IMG/VR virus record: IMGVR_UViG_3300031963_011487
Source: an uncultured virus (IMG/VR IMGVR_UViG_3300031963_011487)
Taxonomy: Duplodnaviria; Heunggongvirae; Uroviricota; Caudoviricetes
DNA: 20,000 nt
Reading direction: 5' to 3' (one strand)
Shown: positions 7,502 through 16,404 of the stretch, piece by piece
How the letters are laid out: each line of letters starts with the position of its first letter
Position numbering within the stretch: position 1 is the stretch's first letter
The notes under the pieces: generated by a model
Database searches by the model: none
The model's input: the letters and a program-made list of their open reading frames with translations, nothing else
Told to the model about the DNA's origin: nothing
Program-made: the position numbers and the translations under genes

Positions 7502-8873
7502 TACGACCGTAGATAATCTAGCTAAATATGGACCAACGTTTCAAGCAAAGGTATTGGCAAATTTACTTTCATCAACCGATTTCTTACAACAGTCGTTAGA
7601 TGTATTAAATCCTAAATTCTTTGAAAGTGATGCGGGTCAATGGATTGTACAAAAGACAATGGAGTATTTTACTGATTATCGTTCTACTCCTACACTGGAA
7701 GTATTTAAGATTGAACTGGATAGAATCAATGACGATGTATTGAAGATTGCCGTCAAGGAACAATTGCGATCTGCGTTTCAACGAAAGAACGATGATGATC
7801 TAGAATATGTCAAAGATAGTTTTCTAGACTTTGCAAAGAATCAAGCAATTAAAACTGCCATCATTAAGTCCGTTGATCTATTACAAATCGGTAGATATAG
7901 TGAAATTAAAAGTTTGGTTGATAATGCATTGAAAGCAGGACAGCCACGAAACATTGGTCATGATTGGAAAAAGGATATTGAAATTCGTCTCGCAGGTGAA
8001 TCACGTGATGTAGTTGCCACGGGATGGGATGCAATTGATCTACTTATTGGTGGTGGACTTGCTGCTGGTGAGTTGGGTGTGATTGCGGCTCCGTCTGGTA
8101 TTGGTAAGAGTTGGGCACTTGCAACGATTGGAGCCAATGCAGCACGTGCAGGAAAACGTGTGGTATACTACACATTAGAACTCAACGAAAATTATGTAGG
8201 ATTACGATACGATACGATCTATACAGGAATTGAACCTGGTAATATTCCGAATAATGCAGACGCAGTTCGTAATATTGTAGAAAGTATTCCCGGTGACATT
8301 ATTATCAAATACTATCCAACGAGTGCTATTACAGTACATACGTTACGAGCACATTTGGAAAATTTGATTTCTAGTAAGATGAAGCCCGATCTGATGATCA
8401 TTGATTACGCAGATCTTATGCGTTCCACTGAACGGGTGGAAGCACGCCATCAAGAACTTGGAGAAATTTATAAAGAACTTCGTGGACTTGCGGGAGAAAT
8501 GAAACTTCCCGTATGGACCGCAAGTCAAACACAACGATCCAGTATTCAAGATGAAGTCATTCAAGCAGACAAGATTGCATCATCATACGAAAAGATTATG
8601 AACGCAGATTTGGTGATTTCACTTTCTCGTAAATTGGAAGATAAAGCAAACCATACTGGACGAGCCCACGTGATGAAAAATCGGTTTGGTGCCGATGGTA
8701 TTACATTACCTGTGTTTATGAATACAAGTCTTGGTAAAATTGAAATTTATGATGAGAATTCTTCCAAGGGAATTTTATTGAAGAAACAAATGCAAGCAGG
8801 TGAGGGGATGTTAAAGAAAGCACTTGCTAAAAAGTTTTCTGAATTACACGATGATATTTTAGAAGACGAATGA
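7488..8873 (+). CDS. replicative DnaB/gp41-like helicase
   Basis: TGW..ID, APSGIGKS (Walker A), YTLE, IIDYADLM (Walker B), WTASQ, KNRFG. Likely start at ATG 7488. Confidence 0.93.
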   Translation: MTQTDTTVDNLAKYGPTFQAKVLANLLSSTDFLQQSLDVLNPKFFESDAGQWIVQKTMEYFTDYRSTPTLEVFKIELDRINDDVLKIAVKEQLRSAFQRKNDDDLEYVKDSFLDFAKNQAIKTAIIKSVDLLQIGRYSEIKSLVDNALKAGQPRNIGHDWKKDIEIRLAGESRDVVATGWDAIDLLIGGGLAAGELGVIAAPSGIGKSWALATIGANAARAGKRVVYYTLELNENYVGLRYDTIYTGIEPGNIPNNADAVRNIVESIPGDIIIKYYPTSAITVHTLRAHLENLISSKMKPDLMIIDYADLMRSTERVEARHQELGEIYKELRGLAGEMKLPVWTASQTQRSSIQDEVIQADKIASSYEKIMNADLVISLSRKLEDKANHTGRAHVMKNRFGADGITLPVFMNTSLGKIEIYDENSSKGILLKKQMQAGEGMLKKALAKKFSELHDDILEDE

Positions 8874-8919
8874 TATACTTATAAGAACCGACAAACCTTA
8901 ACATTTTGGAGAAGTATAG

Positions 8920-10770
8920 ATGTTGTTAGAATCTAAGCTGCTGTCAGATATTACGACTTTTATGAAGTATAGTAAATATGTACCAGAAAAGCAACGCCGT
9001 GAAACATGGAACGAATTAGTAGACAGAAATAAACAAATGCATGTGGAAAAGTTTCCACATTTGGTAGAAGAAATTGAAGCAGCTTATAAATTTGTATACG
9101 ACAAAAAGATTCTCCCATCTATGCGTAGTTTACAGTTTGCTGGAAAACCTATTGGTATTAATAACGCACGGTTATACAACTGCTGCTTCTTACCAATTGA
9201 TCATGCGGATGCGTTTAGTGAAGTCATGTTCCTCCTTCTTTCTGGAACAGGCGTAGGATATTCCGTACAACGTCAACACGTAGAAAAACTTCCAGAAATT
9301 AATAAGCCCGTGAAGACCCGTCGTTATCTCGTCGGTGATAGTATTGAAGGATGGGCTGATGCAGTCAAGGTGTTGATGGCTGCTTATATGAAGGGTAAGC
9401 CACTTCCACTGTATGACTTCCGTGACATTCGTCAAAAGGGTGCATTACTGTTGACGAGTGGTGGAAAGGCACCTGGTCCTGAACCCTTGAAGGATGCATT
9501 ACATAATATCCAAAAGATCCTTGATCGTAAGGAAAACGGTGAACAACTGTCATCAATTGAAGTTCATGATATTTTGTGTTTTATTGCTGATGCAGTACTG
9601 TCAGGTGGTATTCGTCGTTCGGCAATGATCAGCCTTTTTGATCTTGACGATGACGATATGTTAACGTGTAAGTTCGGTAACTGGTGGGAAACCAATCCAC
9701 AACGTGGTCGTGCTAACAACTCCGCAGTTATTCTTCGTCATAAGATTGAGAAGGAAGTTTTCTTGGATCTATGGAAGAAGATTGAACGTAGTGGATCTGG
9801 CGAGCCTGGTTTCTTTTTTACTAATGATGCAAGCTGGGGATTAAACCCGTGTGCGGAAATCTCTCTCCGTCCCTTTCAATTCTGTAACTTGACAACTATC
9901 AATGCGGGTACGGTGGATAGTCAAGAAGAATTGAATGCCCGCGCACGGGCCGCAGCTTTCATTGGCACCCTCCAAGCAAGTTATACGAACTTTCATTACT
10001 TGAGAGATATATGGAAAAAGACTACGGAACGCGAGGCATTGATTGGCGTGAGTATGACCGGTATTGCTTCTGGTGCAGTACTCAAGTTGGACATGAAGGA
10101 AGCAGCGAACGTAGTGAAGGCAGAGAACGAACGGGTCGCAGAAATAATCGGCATCAAGAAGGCTGCCCGTACTACTACGGTAAAACCAGAAGGTACCTCT
10201 TCTCTGGTTCTTGGAACTTCTTCTGGAATACACGCTTGGCATAACGACTATTACATCCGTCGTATTCGGGTGGGGAAGAACGAAAGTATTTATTCATACC
10301 TACTTCTCAACCATCCAGAATTGTTGGAAGATGAATACTTCAAGCCACATCAACAAGCAGTTATCAGTATTCCACAACGTGCTCCAGAAGGTGCAGTTAC
10401 CCGTCAAGAAACTGCATTAGATCTTCTCGGTCGTGTCAGTAAGGTGTGGAAGGATTGGGTCAAGGTTGGACATCGTAAGGGTGAAAACAAGAACAATGTC
10501 TCCGTTACGGTAACCATTAAGGATGGTGAATGGGAAGGTGTGGGCGAATGGATGTGGGTAAATAAGGAAAACTTTACAGCCCTATCAGTATTACCATATG
10601 ACGGTGGCTCATACATTCAAGCACCATTTGAAGACTGTACGAAAGAAAAGTATGAAGAATTGGTTTCACATTTACATGAAATTGATTTGAGTGAAGTTGT
10701 AGAACTTGGTGATGACACTAATCTCGCGGGTGAAGTAGCCTGTGGTGGGGGAGGTTGCGAAGTACAATGA
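8920..10770 (+). CDS. nrdJ: class II (adenosylcobalamin-dependent) ribonucleotide reductase
   Basis: RETW, PSMR, YNCCF, GTGVG, RRSA, NPCAEI (thiyl Cys), TTVKPEGT and C-terminal CGGGGC redox pair. No beta subunit adjacent. Confidence 0.92.
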   Translation: MLLESKLLSDITTFMKYSKYVPEKQRRETWNELVDRNKQMHVEKFPHLVEEIEAAYKFVYDKKILPSMRSLQFAGKPIGINNARLYNCCFLPIDHADAFSEVMFLLLSGTGVGYSVQRQHVEKLPEINKPVKTRRYLVGDSIEGWADAVKVLMAAYMKGKPLPLYDFRDIRQKGALLLTSGGKAPGPEPLKDALHNIQKILDRKENGEQLSSIEVHDILCFIADAVLSGGIRRSAMISLFDLDDDDMLTCKFGNWWETNPQRGRANNSAVILRHKIEKEVFLDLWKKIERSGSGEPGFFFTNDASWGLNPCAEISLRPFQFCNLTTINAGTVDSQEELNARARAAAFIGTLQASYTNFHYLRDIWKKTTEREALIGVSMTGIASGAVLKLDMKEAANVVKAENERVAEIIGIKKAARTTTVKPEGTSSLVLGTSSGIHAWHNDYYIRRIRVGKNESIYSYLLLNHPELLEDEYFKPHQQAVISIPQRAPEGAVTRQETALDLLGRVSKVWKDWVKVGHRKGENKNNVSVTVTIKDGEWEGVGEWMWVNKENFTALSVLPYDGGSYIQAPFEDCTKEKYEELVSHLHEIDLSEVVELGDDTNLAGEVACGGGGCEVQ

Positions 10771-11036
10771 TTCAAGTAAAGAAATTTTCAGCTCCGTGGT
10801 GCGGACCCTGCAAGGCGCTCGCACCCGAATTTAAGAAGATCAAAGAAATGTTTCCTGACGTTAAATTTGTAGACGTAGATGTGGAGACTGATGATAATAT
10901 TGTGTCTTTATATAATGTAAGAACCGTTCCCACGGTGATTATAGAAAAGGATAATGAAATTGTTGAACGATTAACTGGATTACACGCTAAACAAAAATAT
11001 ATTGATGTAATCAGTGCGTTACGAGAATCTACATGA
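10767..11036 (+). CDS. thioredoxin
   Basis: WCGPC active site and cis-Pro VPT. ATGA overlap with the nrdJ stop. Confidence 0.93.
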   Translation: MIQVKKFSAPWCGPCKALAPEFKKIKEMFPDVKFVDVDVETDDNIVSLYNVRTVPTVIIEKDNEIVERLTGLHAKQKYIDVISALREST

Positions 11037-11046
11037 TTGACACATT

Positions 11047-11421
11047 ATGAAGGATAAGAAGGACTCGTTAAATAAAATAGAACAAAAGGTGTTTGATTTA
11101 TTAAAAAAATTACGAGTACAGTTTCAAACGCAAGTAAAAATTGATAAATATAATGTTGACTTTTTGGTAAACGATACATATATAATAGAGTGTTATGGAG
11201 ATTTTTGGCACTGCAACCCACAGAAATATAAACCCGATTATTTCAATCGCGGAAAGAAAAAAACTGCAAGAGAAATTTGGGAACGTGATTTGGAAAGAAA
11301 GAAACGGTTTGAAGAACTTGGGTATAAGTTTATAAACTTATGGGAATGTGATATACGCGATAACACTAAAAAAATAAAAACAAAATTAAAGAGATATCTT
11401 AATAGAGGTGGTTATGATTAA
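11047..11421 (+). CDS. Vsr/DUF559-like endonuclease
   Basis: VDFL..IIECYGDFWH, D..RK, GY.FI.LWECD pattern. Lys-rich protein in AT-rich DNA. Confidence 0.85.
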   Translation: MKDKKDSLNKIEQKVFDLLKKLRVQFQTQVKIDKYNVDFLVNDTYIIECYGDFWHCNPQKYKPDYFNRGKKKTAREIWERDLERKKRFEELGYKFINLWECDIRDNTKKIKTKLKRYLNRGGYD

Positions 11422-11788
11422 AGACATTACCATGAAAGAAATAACAGAAGGATTACCTAATCCAGATAATGATATACATTTACTTATGTTTTTTGGATCT
11501 AACTGTGGACCATGTAAAGCTACTATGCCACATTACGAAGCAGTTGCAAAATTTTACACAGAAAAACAATCTCGTATAAAATTTTATAGAATTAACGCAT
11601 GGGAACCGGTTGAACAGGCAACTTTTTGTAGTACTAAACTGGGTGTTAATGGAGTCCCAACCTTCAGAGCTTATTGTAAAAGTACACAATTTTCAGAAAA
11701 GGTTGGGGGTGGAGATGAAGAGATTCTAAAAAAATATATTAATGGTTTGATAGACGATGTATTTAACAAATTTGGAGAACGTATATAA
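11414..11788 (+). CDS. second thioredoxin-fold protein
   Basis: FFGSNCGPCK and GVPTF motifs. Start is ATG 11414 or GTG 11408. Confidence 0.85.
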   Translation: MIKDITMKEITEGLPNPDNDIHLLMFFGSNCGPCKATMPHYEAVAKFYTEKQSRIKFYRINAWEPVEQATFCSTKLGVNGVPTFRAYCKSTQFSEKVGGGDEEILKKYINGLIDDVFNKFGERI

Positions 11789-12207
11789 TGAAAGTAAAAA
11801 GGTTACATGAGCAAGCACAACTTCCTGTAAAAGCTCACGCAGGTGATCTTGGATATGACTTGTTCTCAAACAGTCAACTCACGTTGTTGGCAGGGGAAAC
11901 GAAGTTAGTTAGTACAGGCATTGCAATTCAATTTCCCGAAGGATATGGCGGACTACTACGGGATAGATCATCAGTAGCAACCAAGCGAGGATTGTTCGTC
12001 GTGGCAGGAGTAATTGATAACGGGTACACAGGAGAAATCTTAGTTGCACTTCATAACTCCAACGAGGGATTTCAAACCATCTATAAAGGTGATAAGATTG
12101 CACAACTCTTGTTGATTCCTACGGTTGATTTTCCCGTCGAAGAAGTTGAGGAAATATCTTCTAGTGATGGACGAAACGCAAATGGATTCGGCAGCACAGG
12201 GACTTGA
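11788..12207 (+). CDS. dut: trimeric dUTPase
   Basis: GYDL, RSS, GVIDNGYTGE, GDKIAQL, R..NGFGSTG (motifs I-V). Confidence 0.96.
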   Translation: MKVKRLHEQAQLPVKAHAGDLGYDLFSNSQLTLLAGETKLVSTGIAIQFPEGYGGLLRDRSSVATKRGLFVVAGVIDNGYTGEILVALHNSNEGFQTIYKGDKIAQLLLIPTVDFPVEEVEEISSSDGRNANGFGSTGT

Positions 12208-12227
12208 TCTTCAAGTCCCTTTGTTGT
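12198..12227 (+). terminator. perfect 10-bp hairpin over the dut stop, possible intrinsic terminator
   Basis: AGGGACTTGA-tct-TCAAGTCCCT followed by TTGTTGT. Confidence 0.6.
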
Positions 12228-12232
12228 ATATT
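12204..12232 (+). promoter_or_regulatory. sigma70-type promoter upstream of polB
   Basis: TTGATC (12204-12209), N17, TATATT (12227-12232). Confidence 0.55.
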
Positions 12233-12259
12233 ATATGATGGACCCTGTAACGAGATAAT

Positions 12260-14779
12260 ATGGCATATCAAAACATTTATATTGATTCACAATCAGATGA
12301 ACAAACTGCATATATTTGGGACGATAAACGGGGATTAATTACCTTACCGTTATCGGATTTTAATTATGCATATGTAAAAGATCCCACGGGAAAATATTTA
12401 AGTATGACAGGTGTACGTTTGAGTAAGACTCGCAGGTTTACTCGCGGGCATCCCAACGTATTTGAGAGTGATCTACCACGGGAAACTCGTATCCTAACTG
12501 ATCTATACTTGTACGAAGACACGCCGTCAGAAGGAAATATTGTATTGTTTTTTGACATTGAGGTGTCGATGACAAACGGTATTCCAGACATTCACAAACC
12601 AAATAATGAAATTACCTCTATCGCACTCTATGATCCAACGATAAAAAAATATACGGTATTGGTATTAGACACCGCAGAATTGTATGACAACAAATCCGTT
12701 GGTGATGCGGAAATCATTTTCTGTGCAAGTGAAGTGGAACTACTGCATGCTTTTATTACGGTGTATGAACAGATCCAACCCACGATTATTACGGGATGGA
12801 ACAGCAATGGATTCGACGTACCCTATCTGTATAACAGAGTACGGCAAGTGTGCGGACAATCGATTGCAAATAAACTCAGTCCTATTGGAAAGGTTAAATA
12901 TTCTGAACGATTGGAACGGTATGCCATTGCTGGCGTGAGTTCGTTGGATTATCTGGATCTGTATAAGAAGTTTACGTATACGCAGCAACCAAATTATCGA
13001 CTAGATACGATTGGTCGGTTGGAAGTGAACATGGGGAAGGTACCCTACGAAGGTTCTCTTGATCAACTGTTCCGTGACGATCTGGAAAAGTTTATTGAAT
13101 ATAACTTACAAGACGTGCGTATTATTGTCGAGATGGATAGAAAGCTCAAGTTGATTGAGTTGGTGCGTGGTATCTGCCATATCGGGCATGTGCCGTATGA
13201 AGATTATCCCATGTCATCACGTTTCCTTGAAGGCACCATCGTTACCTATCTTCACCGTAAGGGAATTATCGTTACAGATAAACCACAGTCGAATAAAGAG
13301 AAATCGGAAAACACGGGAGATGAGGACGGTAGTTTTACTGGTGCGTATGTAAAAGATCCTGTGCCTGGATTGTATGAATGGATTTATTCACTGGACTTAC
13401 AATCACTGTACCCATCGATCATCATGAGTTTGAATATCTCGCCAGAAACCAAGGTGGGCTACGTAAAGAATTGGGATCTTGAGCAACATTTAAAGAAACA
13501 AATTGTTGCGTACGTAATTCAAGAAAAAGATAATGATACGACGATGGAGTTGGGATATGACGCCTTCAACGAATTTATGCAAGAGAACAACCTATCCATT
13601 AGTTCCAACGGCGTCATTTATAATAATGATAAGAAAGGTATCATTCCCGAAGTACTTGAGACATGGTTTGCCCAACGTGTGGAATACAAGAATACCATGA
13701 AGAAGTATATCAATGAAGGCAACAAGGAGATGGCAGAATATTATGACCGTCGTCAACATATTCAAAAGATTTTCTTGAACTCGTTGTATGGTGTATTGGG
13801 GTTGTCCGTATTCCGTTTCTATGACGTAGACAATGCAGCAGCAGTTACCTTGTCCGGTCAAGATGTGATTAAAACCAGTGCCAAGTTTCTGAATCTCAAG
13901 TATGAAAAAATTACGGGTGATAAGAAAGATCACTGTGTTTACGTAGATACCGATTCCTTGTACTTTCCTGCGGGACCATTGGTTGAGGGTGCCGACGATA
14001 CGTTGAAAGCAACAATTGATCTTGCATATGGCGTAGAAAAAGAGTTAAACAGATTTTATGACTCTATGGCAAAACGATTATTTAATGTGAGTACGCACAG
14101 ATTCCATATCAAGGGTGAATCCGTTGCTCGTACAGGATTCTGGGTAGCGAAGAAACGATATGCACTGGATAAGGTATATGATTTGGAAACCAACCAGCCA
14201 GTAAATAAAATGGTCGTGAAGGGGTTGGATGTTGTCCGATCCTCATTCCCGAAAGCTTTCCGTGAATTCATGAAACAAGCACTGAATGATATTCTGAATA
14301 AGGTACCAAAAGATGAAGTAGATACAAAGATTCTGACGTTTAAGAATTCCTTAGATGATCGGGACTTCTTAGATATTGCACGAAACACATCGGCCAATAA
14401 CATCAGTGAATATACCTTACATGATACGCCCGGACTTCGTGCATTCAAGAAGGGTGCTCCTGCTCACATCAAGGCGGCAATCGTATACAATCGGTTACTG
14501 GAACACTTCAATATCACCAACAAGTATGAAAAGATTATGGATGGTGAGAAGATTAAATACGTCATGTTGAAGCCAAATAATCTCCAGATAGAAGCACTTG
14601 CCATTAAGGGATATCAAGATCCTCCACAAATTATTGAGATGATTAAACAATATATTGATACCAATGCATTGTTTGAAAACGAACTCAGAAATAAACTGGA
14701 TGATTTTTATACTGCACTTAACTGGGGAAACATTCCTACGGAAGTAAATCAAAACGCGTCCGAATGGTTCAGTTTCTAG
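12260..14779 (+). CDS. family B DNA polymerase with proofreading exonuclease
   Basis: Exonuclease motifs FDIE, GWNSNGFD, YNLQD. Polymerase motifs DLQSLYPSII, KIFLNSLYG, YVDTDS, KKRY, KGL. Confidence 0.97.
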   Translation: MAYQNIYIDSQSDEQTAYIWDDKRGLITLPLSDFNYAYVKDPTGKYLSMTGVRLSKTRRFTRGHPNVFESDLPRETRILTDLYLYEDTPSEGNIVLFFDIEVSMTNGIPDIHKPNNEITSIALYDPTIKKYTVLVLDTAELYDNKSVGDAEIIFCASEVELLHAFITVYEQIQPTIITGWNSNGFDVPYLYNRVRQVCGQSIANKLSPIGKVKYSERLERYAIAGVSSLDYLDLYKKFTYTQQPNYRLDTIGRLEVNMGKVPYEGSLDQLFRDDLEKFIEYNLQDVRIIVEMDRKLKLIELVRGICHIGHVPYEDYPMSSRFLEGTIVTYLHRKGIIVTDKPQSNKEKSENTGDEDGSFTGAYVKDPVPGLYEWIYSLDLQSLYPSIIMSLNISPETKVGYVKNWDLEQHLKKQIVAYVIQEKDNDTTMELGYDAFNEFMQENNLSISSNGVIYNNDKKGIIPEVLETWFAQRVEYKNTMKKYINEGNKEMAEYYDRRQHIQKIFLNSLYGVLGLSVFRFYDVDNAAAVTLSGQDVIKTSAKFLNLKYEKITGDKKDHCVYVDTDSLYFPAGPLVEGADDTLKATIDLAYGVEKELNRFYDSMAKRLFNVSTHRFHIKGESVARTGFWVAKKRYALDKVYDLETNQPVNKMVVKGLDVVRSSFPKAFREFMKQALNDILNKVPKDEVDTKILTFKNSLDDRDFLDIARNTSANNISEYTLHDTPGLRAFKKGAPAHIKAAIVYNRLLEHFNITNKYEKIMDGEKIKYVMLKPNNLQIEALAIKGYQDPPQIIEMIKQYIDTNALFENELRNKLDDFYTALNWGNIPTEVNQNASEWFSF

Positions 14780-14780
14780 T

Positions 14781-15296
14781 ATGTGGATGGGATTGGTGGC
14801 GTTATTACAAATAACAGAACCTACAGTACTTGATAAACCAATTCGTATGCCGTATAAGGTGAAACGGGATACGACAAAAAATTTCATTGTATTACATTAT
14901 GATGATAGTGATAGTTATTTAGGAACACGTAAATGGTTAATTAAAAAACGAAATAGTTATCATTATTACATTCAACGTTCTGGTGTAATTGTAAAGATGG
15001 TAGATCCGAAGTATCAAGCAAATCACGCAGGTGCTTCGTTGTGGAGAAGTTATCTTCGGATGAACAAGTATAGTATTGGTATTTGTCTAGAGAATAAACC
15101 TCCGCAACTATATACCGATAAACAATATAATAGTTTGGCGTGGTTAATTAAAGTATTACAAAAACGATATCCAGACTCCACAAGTCGGTTTATTCTTGGG
15201 CATTCAGACGTAGCAGTTCCTCGTGGAAGAAAGCACGATCCTGGTCCACATTTTGAATGGGAGAAACTTTTAAAACTTTTGTTGGGGGAAGCGTGA
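14781..15296 (+). CDS. N-acetylmuramoyl-L-alanine amidase (Amidase_2/AmpD-like)
   Basis: IVLHY, SYHYYI, ANHAG, SIGICLE, GHSDVA...RKHDPG (Zn ligands H/H/D). Confidence 0.9.
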   Translation: MWMGLVALLQITEPTVLDKPIRMPYKVKRDTTKNFIVLHYDDSDSYLGTRKWLIKKRNSYHYYIQRSGVIVKMVDPKYQANHAGASLWRSYLRMNKYSIGICLENKPPQLYTDKQYNSLAWLIKVLQKRYPDSTSRFILGHSDVAVPRGRKHDPGPHFEWEKLLKLLLGEA

Positions 15297-15297
15297 C

Positions 15298-15657
15298 ATG
15301 GGACTATTTGACGAAATCAGAGTAGAACATATATTACCGGGTAACACCGAAATTACCGATGAATGGTATCAAACGAAATCTCTTGAGAATGTCATGGGTA
15401 AGTATGTAATTTCTGCCAACGGTGAGTTATATGAAGAAAAGTGGCAGTGGGAATGGGTAGAAGAAAATACCCATTGGTTGGGTGGATACATGAAAAAAAT
15501 AGAAGGTAGTTATCATCGTGAGTACTTGACAGATTATCACGGAGATGTTAGATTTTATAAAGGTTCAAAGCCAGAAAACGGTAAATGGCGTGATTATTAT
15601 GTACGATTTACCGATGGGAAGTTATCAAAGATGTGGTACGTAGATAAAGACTATTAA
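15298..15657 (+). CDS. hypothetical phage protein
   Basis: 119-aa aromatic-rich ORF (MGLFD...YQTKSL...F.DGKL) starting 1 nt after the amidase stop. Confidence 0.8.
   Translation: MGLFDEIRVEHILPGNTEITDEWYQTKSLENVMGKYVISANGELYEEKWQWEWVEENTHWLGGYMKKIEGSYHREYLTDYHGDVRFYKGSKPENGKWRDYYVRFTDGKLSKMWYVDKDY
15526..15554 (+). promoter_or_regulatory. internal sigma70-type promoter upstream of the clamp operon
   Basis: TTGACA (15526-15531), N17, TAGATT (15549-15554). Both hexamers are identical to those of the recA promoter. Confidence 0.6.
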
Positions 15658-15678
15658 ACAATAAAGGGGTTAACGGTT

Positions 15679-16398
15679 ATGGAAAAGTCAAAGTTTGAAA
15701 GGTTTATTGGCAAGTATAATTTGGGTGGTTCGTGTGAAAGTGTAGTACTGAAGTCGGAAGGAAGTACGTTATCGGTACGTTCTATTTCCGACGATAAGAA
15801 TGTCTTGGGTGAGATCGTCGCATCCAGCATCAGTTTCCCAGAGGGTGAGTTTGGTATTTATGACACAAAGAAGCTCCGTTCTATCTTGAGTGTACTGGAA
15901 GAGCAACTAACCGCCACTGCTCAGACCAGTGGCGATAAGATTACTGCTCTTAATATTACTGACGGGTCTACAAAGACAACGTTCGTTCTTGCCGATCAGT
16001 CGGTGATTCCCACGGTTCCTGAGTTAAAGAAGCTCCCACCGATGGATTTTACAATTTCCCTTGATCCAAAGTTCGTAAATACCTTCATCAAGGCAAAGGG
16101 TGCGTTGAGTGAAGTGGAAACATTTACGGTCATGAGTGAAGGAAATGACAACACCGCATCTGTGGTTCTTGGTTATTCCTCCACAAACACCAACCGTATC
16201 GTTATCACTGCAACTACGAACACCGCTGTTCAGATGGAACCAATTAGTTTTTCTGCAAACTATCTCCGAGAGATTCTTTCTGCAAACAAGGAAGTAACGA
16301 ATGGTACTCTGGAAATCTCGTCAAAGGGTCTTGCCAAGGCATCATTTGAATTTGATGGGACAACCTCTACATACTACTTGGTACAAGTCAAGTATTAA
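15679..16398 (+). CDS. DNA sliding clamp, T4 gp45-like
   Basis: 239 aa, beta-rich, with EFGIYD..KL, L.ISSKGLA..F and YYLV patterns. Context between polB and clamp loader. Confidence 0.8.
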   Translation: MEKSKFERFIGKYNLGGSCESVVLKSEGSTLSVRSISDDKNVLGEIVASSISFPEGEFGIYDTKKLRSILSVLEEQLTATAQTSGDKITALNITDGSTKTTFVLADQSVIPTVPELKKLPPMDFTISLDPKFVNTFIKAKGALSEVETFTVMSEGNDNTASVVLGYSSTNTNRIVITATTNTAVQMEPISFSANYLREILSANKEVTNGTLEISSKGLAKASFEFDGTTSTYYLVQVKY

Positions 16399-16404
16399 TC
16401 GGTT

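Noticed and set aside
5091..14779. Inteins or introns in recA, helicase, nrdJ or polB
   Set aside because: Lengths are normal, motifs are contiguous, and no splice-junction or LAGLIDADG signatures were seen.
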